Source of the DNA: Guillardia theta CCMP2712
Taxonomy: Eukaryota; Protista; Cryptophyta
Direction of reading: 5' to 3'
NCBI RefSeq assembly: GCF_000315625.1
Contig: NW_005434668.1
Span: 400,219 to 464,218 of the forward strand
Length of the DNA stretch: 64,000 nt
Numbering within the stretch: position 1 is the first letter of the stretch; the number at the start of each line of letters is the position of its first letter. The notes under the pieces are model-generated. The model was not told the DNA's origin. It was given only the letters and a program-made list of their open reading frames with translations, and made no database searches. Shown here one piece after another: positions 48,300-64,000 of the stretch. The position numbers were made by a program, and so were the translations under genes.

Positions 48300-50928
48300 T
48301 TACATGCTCCCGTCCTCCAACAAGAATGCCGTAACATTACTTAAGTTTCATTCCTTATTCTCCTCCTCATTTCTTTCCCCATCCTCAGTTTCGTCCTCCC
48401 CCTCCTTCTCTTCCTCATTCTTCCATCCCCCCCCCTCCGTGTTCCCTGTCTCCTCCCCTTCCTCCTCCTCCCGTCTTCCCTTCTCCTCCTCCTCCTGTCT
48501 TCCCTTCTCCTCTTCCTTCCTGCCGGCTTTCCGCATCTGCACCTGATCGAGCTGGACATGGACAGTCCCGATGCTCGGGTTGCTGAACTTGACGCGGATC
48601 TTGGACGAGCGGGAGCTGTAGGAGTCCAGTAGCCCCTCGTACCACTTGCCGTCCTCGAAGAGGATGCTGACTCTCTCGCCCCGCGCGAACTCTTCTCCTC
48701 TATGCCGGAACAGACTCCTCTCCTCCTCCTTAGCGGTCAACGACGCCTTCATCTCCCTGCTCAGACTCTCGGAGAACCACTGCTGCATCCTCGACTCCAG
48801 CGACAACGATAAGTCTGCCGACTCGCCGCTCGTCTCCAGCGCGTCCTCGATCAGGGAGAGAAACTGCTGGTTCTGCTCCTTGAGCAGCTGCTGGGATAGC
48901 AGGAGACTCTCCGAAGAGAAGGCCAGGCCTCCTCCTCCTCCGCCTCCGCCTCCTCCTCTGTGACCCAGAGAGCTGCTAGCTTGAGGGCCCAGCCAGGCGT
49001 TGGCTGACACGGGACGTTGCCCTGCAAAGTGCTGGGAGATGTGCATGGAGCAGACGCCTCCGAGCGACTGAGAGCAGAGCTCGCAAGCGGCTCCTCTGCT
49101 CTGGTTGTGCTTCATGGGCTTCAGTACCACAAAGAGAACGCCCGAGTTGCTCAGCCCCAGGGTCTCTGCCGTGAGCATGTCGTCGTCAAGGTACTTGCCC
49201 CGGTACAGGAACCTCTGGTAGTCCACTGGCGTCCCTTCTGCACTCGCTACCCGCTGCTTCAGCGACCTGATCGTCTCCTGCGGGTCCACGTGGAGCTTCA
49301 GCTCCAGCCCTCGTCTCCTCGTGTCCGCTGCTGTGTAGACCTTCACCGTCAGCCCCTCCTCCTTGTGCTGCTGCTGCTGCTGCTGCTGCAAGAGCTGGCT
49401 CCGCTCCTGCCGCAGCGACCCTTCCCAGTGCACCGCAAGGTGCCGCACGCAGGTCCCTCCGAGGGAGGAGAAGCATTCAGGGCAGCCGTAGGTCTTGGGC
49501 ACGTGCTTCCTTGCCTCGGACACCAGCGACGTCCGGCGGTCGAGGTTGGAGAGCAACTTGGGCTTGAGCCGCTTGAGCACTTTCTTCTTCGCCTCCCCTT
49601 GCTGCCGGTGGCTGCTTCCCTCCTCCAAGATGGTCGGAGTGGTTGCGACGTCGCTGCTGAACGATGGCGCATGGTTGGGTTTGATGCTCAGGACGATCCG
49701 CTTCCGTGACGTGGGAGTGGTTGAAGGATGTAGGGACTCAGGAACCCTGCGGTCGAGCTGGTAGGAAGGGGAGAGGGACAGCAGGTCGCTGAGCTCCAGC
49801 TGGTCCTTGTTTGCGTAGTAACCCTGCATTGAACTTCCTGACAGGTCCGGGGGACGAGGCTGTTTCCTGCCCTTGCTCTCCCTCTCTTCTCCCAGCTTCT
49901 TCCCTTCCGACGGCACCCTCGACGCCTCACTCAACGCATACCCATCGTTGGAAGAGCTCTCCTGTTGTCTGCTCCTCCTCGAACGCGTCTTCTTAGGAGC
50001 TCGCTTCCCTCTGCGGACTTGGATCCGCCTTCACATCCTGCAGGCTCCGGTGTCGTCCTCTCTTTGCCCTTGGACTGCTTCTTCCTCGCTCGTTTGCTGC
50101 CCCACGTCTTTCTCTCGATCCTCCCCATCACCTCTTTCTGCAGCGCGCGTCCCAGGTACGCCTGCATCAGCTGCTGATGCTTCATCTCATACAAACTTCT
50201 GCCTGACCGCTTCCATAAGGGGCTCCAGCACACAAAAAACTCCTCACCTTCGTCCTCCTGCTTGCGCAAACTCCAGAAGTACTTTAGCCCTCTCGTCTCC
50301 TCAAAGTCCAAGGGAACGTTGTAACTCTAGGGCAGACAGGGTCAGGCAGGCAGGGCAGGGCTCACTACTGCTATACCATGTCCCTTCCTTGCAGCTTCGC
50401 CATGGAGGACTTGGGTCGCTCGCCTCGGCTCTGCTGCATCGAAAGCTCTTCATATCCCCTCCACAAGCTCTCGTCCTGTCCAGGAAACCTGCACGCGCAT
50501 CCGATCAGAGGGTGCAAGCTCGTGCGAGTCTCGAGGCTTGCCTGACTGACGCTTCTCCATACACGTCGATGGCACGCCTGGGATATTCAGGTCTCCTCCC
50601 CTGCTGCCTGGCGGGCGGCTGCTCACTTGCTGCCCTCTTGTCAGACATCTCGTGCGAAAACTTCATGAGATGCTGCCGAATGTCACGGGCAGGCCTGATG
50701 GAGGGAGTGAGAGAGCGAAGAGCAGAAGGGAAAAGAGAAATGTGCTTCGGCGACTAGAAGGCAAGGGAGGGTAAGATGCGGGGGAGCGGAGGAGCATGGA
50801 GGTGGTAGAGGAGAGACGAGCAGACAGAGGAGAGGAAGAGGAGGAAAGCTCACTCACAAATTGCACAGCTCTCTGAACTCATCGCTGATAGCGCGCTGAG
50901 GAGACGGTCCGTCATTGAACCCCGCCAT
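48300..50928 (-). CDS. Protein with ubiquitin-like domain flanked by two Cys/His motifs and a C-terminal Tudor-like domain
   Basis: UBL VDPQETIRSLKQRVASAEGTPVDYQRFLYRGKYLDD. Tudor-like FARGERVSILFEDGKWYEG..IRVKF. Upstream exons join in frame. Stop is at 48300 if spliced or 48348 if unspliced. Confidence 0.75.
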
Positions 50929-51734
50929 GGTCGACGACTCAGTGAGCTCAAGCTGCTCCCAGCCGCGTGTCAGCCGTCCGGTCCTTGCTCAGCTACCGCT
51001 ACTGGGCATGCGATGCAGCCAGTGAGGGCCTCCTCTGCTTCCCGTGCCCTTTCAACTGGAGACGCCTGTCCTAGCTGACCAGTGGTACGGTTCTTGTCGC
51101 TGCGATGATTTTCACTAAGCTGATGAGGGTCGTTGCTGATTAGAGTTGACGAGAGGGTGTAGGAGAGAAGCTTGTAGGGCAGACAATCTCGTTACAGACG
51201 TCTGCTGATCGCAGTAGCTTGCTATTGCTTGTAACGGTTCTCAGGCTAATTCGTTGATGATGTTTTAGCGCATGCCAGCTTCAGAAACTTGTACCGATCT
51301 TCGATCTGCTTGCTAGCTACCTGCTCGTTTCTGTCTTTCTTTACTCGTCTCCTCCTCCTTCCTCCTGCTCTGCTGCCGCTGCTCCCCTCACGCGCCCTTC
51401 TCGCTCCAACGGCTGCGGCGAGCCTGCCATTTCTACCGGCCTAAGTGTTGCAACCGATTCAATTCATGCTAAATCGAAAACAATCAGATTGACAAGAAAT
51501 TGAATCGATTAAATTCAGATATTGTGATCATAGAGGTAGGGTACCAGTAGCGGCTATTCACGACTTTCGTATGGTGGGGTACCTAGTTGGTAATTGGTGG
51601 GTAGTCAAGTGAATCACGGGGTGGGTAGGACAGGAATGGGTGATCAAAAGTGCTGGGGTAGGTGGGTGGCTGTAGGTGGGTGGGGTGGATAGGAGAATGG
51701 GGATGAGGGGCATCGGTGCCTGTTCATAACCGGC

Positions 51735-52288
51735 ATGGGAATGAGGAAATGGGGTTTCATGGGCTGGCGGCCCTGGCGGCTGCCATGATGCTGGTGGGAG
51801 GATGGAGTAGGACGAGATTTCATGCTGCAGATCCTGTCGCTGCACTCTCCTCATTCCCTGATCCTATGTCTGGAAGGAAGTCTGAGTTCGAACGAGGTCA
51901 GTTGCTGGCCAGGGACGCTGGTTACCTCCCTCCTACCCCACAGCAGGAGCCGGATGCAACTGTGACTTCACAGGCAAGAAGACAAGATTTCTTGCAGACC
52001 TTCTCTAGGAGCAAGAGGTTTCAGGCGAGAAAGCCTTCTGATCTGGTCGAGATGGCGATCAATGACATTCAAAAGGAGCATGAAAAGCGCATGTCTAGGT
52101 TGCTGAAGGATGACATGGACAACGCTGCTAAGCAGTATGCAGACATGATGACCAAAGAGATATCAACACAGAATGCGTATGTTAGATCCCGCAGGCGTGC
52201 GTTGCAGCTGGCCAGACAAAAGGAAAAGGCTCGCGAGAAAGCAAAGGCTGCCAAGGACCCTAATGCAAACTGGCTTTCATTGTTTTAA
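51735..52288 (+). CDS. Hypothetical protein with possible signal peptide and C-terminal coiled coil
   Basis: ORF of about 180 aa with hydrophobic start GLAALAAAMMLV. No recognisable family. Confidence 0.55.
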
Positions 52289-52471
52289 ATTTTGTCCCAA
52301 CCTCGCTCCGAAGTAGATGATAGGCTACCTCAGCGCATGGATTATCACTCAGAAGTTTTTCTCTTTCCTTCTTTATTTTTTTAAGGGACTTTTGTACACA
52401 ATTAAAACTACATATTCCAAATACAAACAAACGATGTTGCAAGAAACATCTTGAAGAGTTCAACATATTTC

Positions 52472-53628
52472 TCAAGTCCCTTGATTTCCTTGTATATTCC
52501 TGAGCTTGCTGATCTGCTGAGATCGATTCTCCTTGTTTGCAAGGATCACTTTATTTGCCTGTGCTTTGAGGCTGATTGCATTTTTGCATCGGCTGAAAAT
52601 GTTTTGATGTTCCTTGTCAACGATTTGCGAGGGGTTGTTGCCTTTTTCAGAGTTTCATCCACCTTCTGAGAACTCCTCTGACTTGCCTCTCGCGCTTGGC
52701 TGAGCTTGAATGGAATCGCAGTCGTCAGCGGCTTGAGGCTTTTCTTGATCATAAATGGAGAGGGCGGCTTGTACCCGGTTCTGCTGGGGCTCTTGACTCC
52801 AAGTTGAGGAGGTTTCGAAGCGGTGGAGCTAGCCTTGGTTTCTGTCACCGAGCTCTTGCGATTGACCTTCACGGTCGTCTTTGAAACATCAGCAGCCTTG
52901 GAACTGGCGATCGAGCGCATCTTCTCAAACTGCCGCTGATGAATCCTGTCGAAGTCTTTCACCGCGGGGTGCTTGGCCTTGACCGCCTGGCTCTCTCCTG
53001 GGAGATTCTTCTCCTTTCCTCCCGAGATAGTCGTAGATACAGTTGTCTTGGCCGCTGCTCGAGATTTGACCTCTGGTTGCGAAGTCCGGCGCCTCTTGCT
53101 GCTGCGCTCATCGACTGACTCGTCTGCCTTCCTTTTCTGCGAGGAATGACGTGGTTTCAGGCACTGGGACCTCGAGCTTGACTCGCGATGCTTGGATATG
53201 GAAGGCGACAGCTTACTCTTCTTGCCGGATGGAACTCCATTCGCAACCAACTCCTTGCTGCTATGTGACTTGCGATTAACTTCAGAAGCTCGCGGGGCAG
53301 CTTCAGCGAATTTCTCACTCTTGCGCGGGGTCTGGACCTGGCGTTTACCTGTACCAGGAGTTCGCACAGAGGATCTCCTAGGAGTTCGCGCAGAGGATCT
53401 CCTAGATTTGGGAGACGAGGCAGACTGCTGCCCTGCGGACGGCGATGCTGAAGAGACTTGAGAGTTGGCGGATGCTGCATCAATGGCAGCCTGGTCATCT
53501 TGATTGGAGACATTGTCCAGGAGACCGGAGCTGGTCAGTGCCGAGAGGATGTCTTCGCTCTTCATGTTCGCTTTGATTCCATGCTTCTTTGCTAGCGCTT
53601 GCAGCTCACGCCGACTCAAACCTGCCAT
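52472..53628 (-). CDS. NuSAP-like protein (N-terminal SAP-like domain, basic S/TP-rich linker)
   Basis: LSRRELQALAKKHGIKANMKSEDILSAL and DFDRIHQRQFEKMRSI resemble the NuSAP1 motifs. A probable 50-nt intron at 52613-52662 extends the ORF to a stop at 52472. Confidence 0.7.
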
Positions 53629-54747
53629 GCTAGCTCTTCCTGGATCTGGTGATCAGACCTGGTGGGGTTATCTACGAGGGGGTGGGGTGTACACATTTTG
53701 TTTTGGACCGGGTGTCTGAATAGCACAAATAGTCTTAAAGTACCGGGTACATTTAAAATATACTTTCTTAACAAGGGTGGGGTTATTCGAATCAAGGGGT
53801 CCATCTGTCAGACTATGGCGTGCGGAACTTTTGAATTCAAATCATCGAGTAAACAATTAGCTATTTTCAACTTGTCCGCCGCGCGCAACTTCTGCCGCGT
53901 GCCACGATGCCAGTCCGATCACGCCCCGGGCCCGGCCCGCCGCGGCGGCCGCGGGCCCCGGGTGACGGCAGTGATGCCGTCACGGGGGCCGGGTGACCGG
54001 CGGCGTACCGTACCGGCGGCGGCGCGGGGCCGCGATCATGGACCGGTCGCGGCGCCGGCCCTCCGAGCCTCCGGAGCCTCCGACTGGCATCCTTGCAGTA
54101 CCGGGGCCGGGGTAAGCCGCGCCCGGGCCCGAGGGGGCAGCGCCACCGCCCGAGGGCCTGCCAGGGTGGGCCACAGCCGGGCTGGGCAGTCACGCCGCAG
54201 CCTCCGCCCTCCCCCCCCCCCCCCGGCCCCCCGGCCCGCCCTCCCGGCTCCCCCCCGCCGGGCCGCCGGGGGGCGGCCCAGTGTGACTACTCACTCAAGG
54301 CTTTCAATCTATTATGGCAGTACGGTAGCGACCGCGGCCCGATCCGTCCGGCGATCATCGCGGCGGCCCGGCAGCGCCCACTGAGATGAGTGCTCAACCA
54401 AGTTAGCTCCTATAACAATTTAAATCTCAAATAGATCATTGGAAACAGAATCTTGTTCTTTAATTTCAAGTTTATTGAATTATTATATTGAAATATTCAA
54501 ATGATTTCGAGTTGGGATCTCGAAGGGTGGCAAGGAGGGAAAAGGGTACGGAGCTAAAACAAGGGGTAGGGGCAGGAAGAGGGTAAACCATATAGGCCAA
54601 AGACTGTCGAAATCATAAGAAAGACTCTATCAAAAAACGGTATACATCGCCACTACTGCAGTAATGAAGAGGAGTGGATTTTCCATCCAGTGGGGTGGGG
54701 TGCACGCCGGCCAGGGTGGTGGGGTGGGAGCGGTAGGAGAGGCGACG

Positions 54748-56744
54748 ATGAAGCGGACAGCGGAGAAGACGCTGACGCAGGACAACTGGCAGGAGGAGGA
54801 AGGAGAGGAAGGAGAAGAAGGACAGGTATGCTACCGCTCCCTCCTCCTCCTCCCCTCCCCTTCACTGCTCTCTTCCGACCTCACCTCATCCTTGAACCTG
54901 AACAGCTCGCCCTGCCCCGCCTCGCGGTATCCCGTGCTGCAGTATCCTGGTCCCCTGTTCCTCCTCGCTGACACCCCCACCTCGGCCCTTCTCCCTCTTG
55001 TGTTTATGTACTTGCTGTGCATGCTCGCCACACCCATTTCACTCCTTGATGCGAGAGGGGAGGACGCGCTGGGTGGGGTCAAGGGGAGCGCGTGCAACGC
55101 GGTCGTTGGATCTTGAGGAGGAAGGAGAATTCGGTATCATGCATGGGAGAAGAATTCTGATGGGAATCTTCGAGAGATGACTGCCCATCTAGTATGAGCA
55201 TGGGATGAGGGGAGAAACATACGATTGCCACAAGATGGGCGGGGATGAAATGCCGACCTTGTTGAAGCCATATTTTTCTGAAACCTTATTGAACAGGAGG
55301 CTGGAGAGTTCAAGCAAGCAGCTCCCGAGGAGCTTGCCAAGAGGAGAATAGTCAAAGCTAGGAGATCCGCCAACGGACCAGCAGTGCCTGATGCTGTCGC
55401 GGATAAAGTTGAGGAGGCGAAACCTGTTGCTAACTTCTCCTGGACGACCCCAGGTACTGATGAGCTTCTTCCTTTCGCATGTCACTGAGATTGCTGAAAC
55501 AGCTGCGGACAAGCCAGCAGAGGACAACAAGAAGAGTGAAGAGGTTGCCAATGAGAAGGAGGCGAAGGAGAATGGTGTGAAACCCACTGAGCAAAATGGT
55601 GAGAAAAGCAGCGAGAAGTCAGAGGAAAAAGGAGAGGCTGGAAAGGATGACTCTAAGGAGAAAGACGGAGAAAAGAAGGAGGGAGCAGGATCCCAGGAAG
55701 GAGGCGAGAAGAAGTCCCTGTTCAACTTCTCTGGTGGATTTTCCTTCGGGTCGGGCTCGGGGGGATCGAGCAAACCGTTCTCCTTCTCGGCAGGGTCGGG
55801 AACAGGGTCTGGATTCTCGTTCGGAACTTCTTCTGCGTTTTCCTCCGGCTTCACGTTCGGAACGGGAACAAAGATGGAGTCTTTTGCCAGCGTTGGAAGT
55901 CAAGGGTGGACGAGCAAGCAGAAGAAGGAGGAAGGAGAGGATGGCGAAGACGGAGAAGGCGGAGGAGAGGAGGACGCGCAGGCAGAGGTTGCTGTGAAGA
56001 AGTCGGACGCGATTGTCCAGCTCGACCTGGTGGAGACTTGCACAGGAGAGGAGGACGAGACGTGCGTGTTCCAAGTGCGAGCGAAGCTGTTCACGCTGAT
56101 GACGCAGCCCAAGGAGAAGCCGTCGGAGGGGAAGGAGGGCAGCCCGAAGGAGGCGGAGAACAACGCTCCTTCTTGGACTGTGATGGGGATCGGCGATCTG
56201 AAGATCAACGTTCCCAAGGAGGGCGAGACGGACAAGTCGAAGAGGCCGAGGATCATCATGAGGCGGCAAAAGACTTTCCAGCTGTGCCTTAACACGTACC
56301 TGTTTGAGAACATGGTGTGCGATAAGGCTGGGCCCAAGGAGGTCCGATTTACGGTGAGTGGGGAGAGAGGAGGGGTGGAGCGCTGATCGGGGGACGTGGC
56401 GATGAGAGGATGGGAAGGATGCGATGAAGTGAAGGATGAAGTTCGGTTCAGAGTGTTGATGGGGGGAGGTTGGGGGGCGAGGATGAGGAGGAGTCAGAGG
56501 AGAAGGTGAAGAAGAAGGAGGTGGAGGTGAAGGAGGAGGAGGTGGTGGTGATGGTGAAGGAGGAGGAGGTGGTGGTGAAGGAGGAGGAGGATGAGGAGGA
56601 GGACTCGCTTGACTAGATATGCAGGGCATGAAGATTGACTCGGAGAAGGATCTAGCGACCTACCTAGTGCGCGTGAAGGAGGAGGAGGATGCAGACAAAC
56701 TAATATCTCTAGTCCACAAGCACAAGTCTCACGGGAAGGAGTAG
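54748..56744 (+). CDS. NUP50: Nup50/Nup2-like nucleoporin (importin-alpha-binding N-terminus, FxFG repeats, Ran-binding domain)
   Basis: MKRTAEKTLTQDNW..EAGEFKQAAPEELAKRRIVKARR. FSFG repeats. RanBD TGEEDETCVFQVRAKLF..GIGDLKIN..PRIIMR..LCLN. Exons 54748-54825, 55297-55453, 55503-56353, 56625-56744. Confidence 0.9.
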
Positions 56745-56840
56745 CTGTAGCTTCGTGAATAAATTCCTGTTACACTGCATCTCCTCCTCCTCCTCCTCTC
56801 CTCTTCCACTCCTCCTCCTCCTCCTCTCCCTCCTCCTCCC

Positions 56841-60823
<3,983 letters not shown>

Positions 60824-61393
60824 TTCATTGCCATCTTTCAAAACTTTGAAAGGAAGGGATACCACCCCTCATTTTGATAATTAATTTGGGGGTGTCGGAT
60901 CTGGGTAGCACTGTGATGTGGGAGTGAGCGGGGACGAGGGCTTGCCGCACGTGAAAGATGATGGCGAGGAAAAGGAGGAAAGCAAAGACAGGAAGTGGAG
61001 GAGGGAGAGAGGATAGGGTGAAGGGAGAGGAGAGGAGAGGAGAGGAGAGGAGAGGAGAGGAGAGGAGAGGAGAGGAGAGGGAAGAAGAGGAGAAACGAAT
61101 GGGAGGGAAAGGGAGGAGCAGAGTAGAACAGAGCAAAGCATTGGGTGAGTGTAGGGCAATTTGCATGCAAGTCAGCAGAGGACAGCAAAGGAAGTGCATG
61201 TGTTGATTTCTCTTTCGTTGCCTCGTTTCTTAGGCCATTTCTGTTTGCAGGCAGAATATTTCCTTGCAAGCTTCGTTGGTTGATTGTTTTTGGTCCCGCT
61301 CGTCGTAGTTTGCGTCGAGCCGTAGGAGATGGCCTGAGAAAGCACCTGCCTTGCTCCTACTTCCATCGCTCTGCGACACCACTTCCGCTAAAC

Positions 61394-63218
61394 ATGGACA
61401 AGACCGAAGACACGAACAAGGATCAGGAGCAGCAGGGGCTGGCGACGCTCAAGGAGGGCAAGGCGGAGGTGCTGCACAAGCCGGGAGAAGCCTTCTACAA
61501 CCCGGCCCAAGTGCAGAATCGAGACCTGTCGATAGCCGTGCTGAGGGAGTTCTTCAAGCTGAGAGACGAAGAGGCTGCGAGCAAGAAGAAGGATGGCAAG
61601 GAGGAGGAGAAGCATCAGAGGAGGGTGCTCGAGGGGCTCTCAGCCACGGGTCTGCGAGCCATCCGGTACGCCAAGGAGATCGAAGGGCTGACGGAGGTTG
61701 TCGCCAACGACTTCAGCGCTGCTGCTGTGGAGTCCATCGATAGGAACGTCAAGCACAACAAGGTGGAAGAGATCGTGAAGGCCTCGCACGCAGATGCCAG
61801 CCTGCTGATGCACAAGGCGAAGCAGGTCGAGAAGGACAAGTTCGACGTCGTTGACCTCGACCCCTACGGCTCTGCCACTCCCTTCCTGGACGCGGCGGTG
61901 CAGGCGGTCAACGAGGGAGGGCTGCTAGCAGTCACATGCACTGACCTCGCTGTTCTCTGCGGGAACCACTCGGAAGCATGCTTCGCCAAGTACGGCTGCA
62001 CGTCGTTGCGAGGGAAACACTGCCACGAGCTTGCCATCCGCATCGTCCTCTCCTCCATTGAGTCGCATGCCAACCGCTACAAGCGGCACATCGTCCCCCT
62101 CCTTGGTGTCTACATGGACTTCTACGTGCGCGTCTTCGTGCGCGTCTACACCTCTGCGTCCGCCGTCAAGTGGAGTGCGAGCAAGCAGTCGATGGTCTTC
62201 CAGTGCACGGGCTGCGGGGCATACCACCTGCAGCCGCTGGGGAAGGTGGTGGAGCGAGGGAACAGCATCAAGTTCCTCCCCAGCCTTGGCCCACCTGTCG
62301 GCGAGCTCTGCGAGCTTTGCGGGTACAAGCACCAGCTGGGGGGGCCGATGTGGAGCCAACCTTACTTCCAGCCCGAGTTCGTGGGAAGGGTCCGAGCCCA
62401 GCTGTGGGGCGACCAGGCGGGCTTCGCGTCGTACAAGAGAGTTTGCGGGCTGCTGACGGCGCTGGAGGAGGAGCTGGTGGACCAGCCGCTCTTCTACGAC
62501 CTGAGCGTGCTGGCGAGCCTGCTCAACGTCGTGTGCCCCTCCAACGCAGCCTTCGCCGCGCCGCTGCTCAAGGCCGGGTACCGCCTGTCGCACTCGCACA
62601 CCTCGCCCATGGCCATGAAGACGGACGCGCCGGTGGAGGCGCTGTGGGACATCATGAGGGGGTGGGTGAAGGATCACCCGGTGAAGAAGCTCAAGGAGGG
62701 CAGCCCGGGGTTTCGCCTCCTCCAGCAGGAGAGCAAGCACATCGTCGACCCCGACTTCACCGTCACTGCCGAGCAGAGGAAAGAGGACAAGGCGAGCAGG
62801 TCGACGCCCAAGTACATGCCGAACCCAACGCCTGACTGGGGCCGAAGCAGCGGGCGGCCGGGTACGCGCACGGGCAGGACAACTCGCTGGTGAAGAAGAG
62901 AGAGAGGAAGCAAGGGAAGAACGCGGAGAGGTGAATACAGACTTCCTTCTGACCCCTCCCTCCCTCCTCCTGCCTCCTCCCCTCCCTCCCTCCTCCTGCC
63001 TCCTCCCCTCCCTCCCTCCTCCCCTCCCTCCCCCATCCCATCTTGACCCTTACTCCTCCTTCCTCTTTTTCCTTCTCCCTGATCTCCCGCATGTCCTCTC
63101 GTGTGCTCACATGATCGGCAGAAAACGCAAGAGGGAGGAGGGCAAGGATGAGCAGGAGAATGAAGCGACGGAAGAAACGAAGGAGGAGGAGGAAGAGAAA
63201 GCTGCTGTAGGCGCGTAG
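61394..63218 (+). CDS. TRM1: tRNA (guanine26-N2,N2)-dimethyltransferase; apparent 1-nt frameshift near the C-terminus
   Basis: Motifs FYNPAQVQNRDLSI, LEGLSATGLRAIRYAKE, FDVVDLDPYGS, GGLLAVTCTD, DFYVRVFVRV, CxxC..CxxC zinc site, GGPMW and KTDAP. Last intron 62931-63121. Confidence 0.95.
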
Positions 63219-64000
63219 GTGAGGGATCAGAGTAACAGCAACGAAGAGGAGGAGGAGGGTATGAGCAGTCTGTCCGTCACTTTTCAGCTTCGCTGCTGCT
63301 TGTCCCTGCTGAGAGTTTTGTGGAGCACGGGGAGCAAGACGGGCGGAAGCATCTCTAGCAACATGATTGTAATAAAACACATCTCTGATATGGGTAATAC
63401 AAGACATCTCTGAATGGAGTATGAGAAAAAGCTGTTTGAGTTGGCTCGTCCTTGAGCAGAAAAGTGCGATCAGGACGCGGACAGGGAGGGGAGAGGAAAT
63501 CCTTCTATACTAATCCCTCTCCTCTCCCCTCCTCCTCTCTCCTCTTCTCCTCTCTCCTCTCCACTTCCAAGTCCTCCCTTGCTCCCTCTACCGTCTGGTC
63601 CTCTCGCTTCCTTCCCCTCCCTCTCACTTCCCTGCGATCTCAAACTTCTCTGAATGCACCACGAGCGAGTTCTCCAACCCATCCTGATGGCAGCAATGAA
63701 TGTCAGCCAACCAGTACACGAGCACCAGCATTGATAGCGGCAAGCCTTCTTCTTTCTCCTGCTCCGCTCCTCCTCCCTCCTCTCCTCCCTCCCTTGCCCT
63801 TTCCACTTGTTCTTCCTCCCCCGTCCTCATCCAAATAGAAACCACTGCCTCCTCCTCCTCCTCCTCCTCCTCCACCACCACCTCCTCGGACTACACCGAC
63901 AGAAACATGAACGGCACCATCCCCAGGTGTTTGAATGCCCTCGACTGGATCATGGGATTGATAATGATTCCATCTGCTGCCATGTACGTCGTCGTCTCAA

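Noticed and set aside
52575-52590. Apparent homopolymer frameshift in the NuSAP-like gene
   Set aside because: A canonical 50-nt intron at 52613-52662 explains the frame change.
53662-54389. GC-rich ORFs of 100-240 aa in the NuSAP-Nup50 intergenic island
   Set aside because: Stop-poor because of extreme GC content, non-ATG starts, and no protein-like features.

Overview
Gene-dense, intron-rich eukaryotic nuclear scaffold with four N-gaps. Introns are mostly short GT-AG (about 40-60 nt), with longer ones filled by microsatellites. A signal peptide followed by an A-F transit motif implies a complex red-type plastid, and the overall style suggests a cryptophyte such as Guillardia theta (inference). 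About 20 protein genes can be supported. Recognisable ones are a TTLL polyglutamylase, a DUF3598/BFA1-like plastid protein, Enhancer of polycomb, an LRR protein, a PKD2-like channel, ankyrin-IQ and ankyrin-TPR proteins, an intronless glutamate 5-kinase with PUA domain, Prp31, a UBL/Tudor protein, a NuSAP-like SAP protein, Nup50 and Trm1. Several coiled-coil or orphan genes and a probable membrane-anchored aspartic protease broken by gaps are also present. The clearest signals not shown by the ORF track are: a 382-bp PIF/Harbinger (Tourist-like) MITE with 34-bp TIRs and TTA target duplication; a 1-nt frameshift in the conserved Trm1 WGPK motif; a coding-coding antisense overlap; a duplicated C-x2-C-x7-C-x2-H motif bracketing a ubiquitin-like domain; and two recurring classes of upstream intergenic DNA (GC-rich palindromic islands and strand-biased TACCCC/GGGGTA tracts). 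I found no convincing multi-gene novel system. Gene models were spliced by eye and some termini are approximate.
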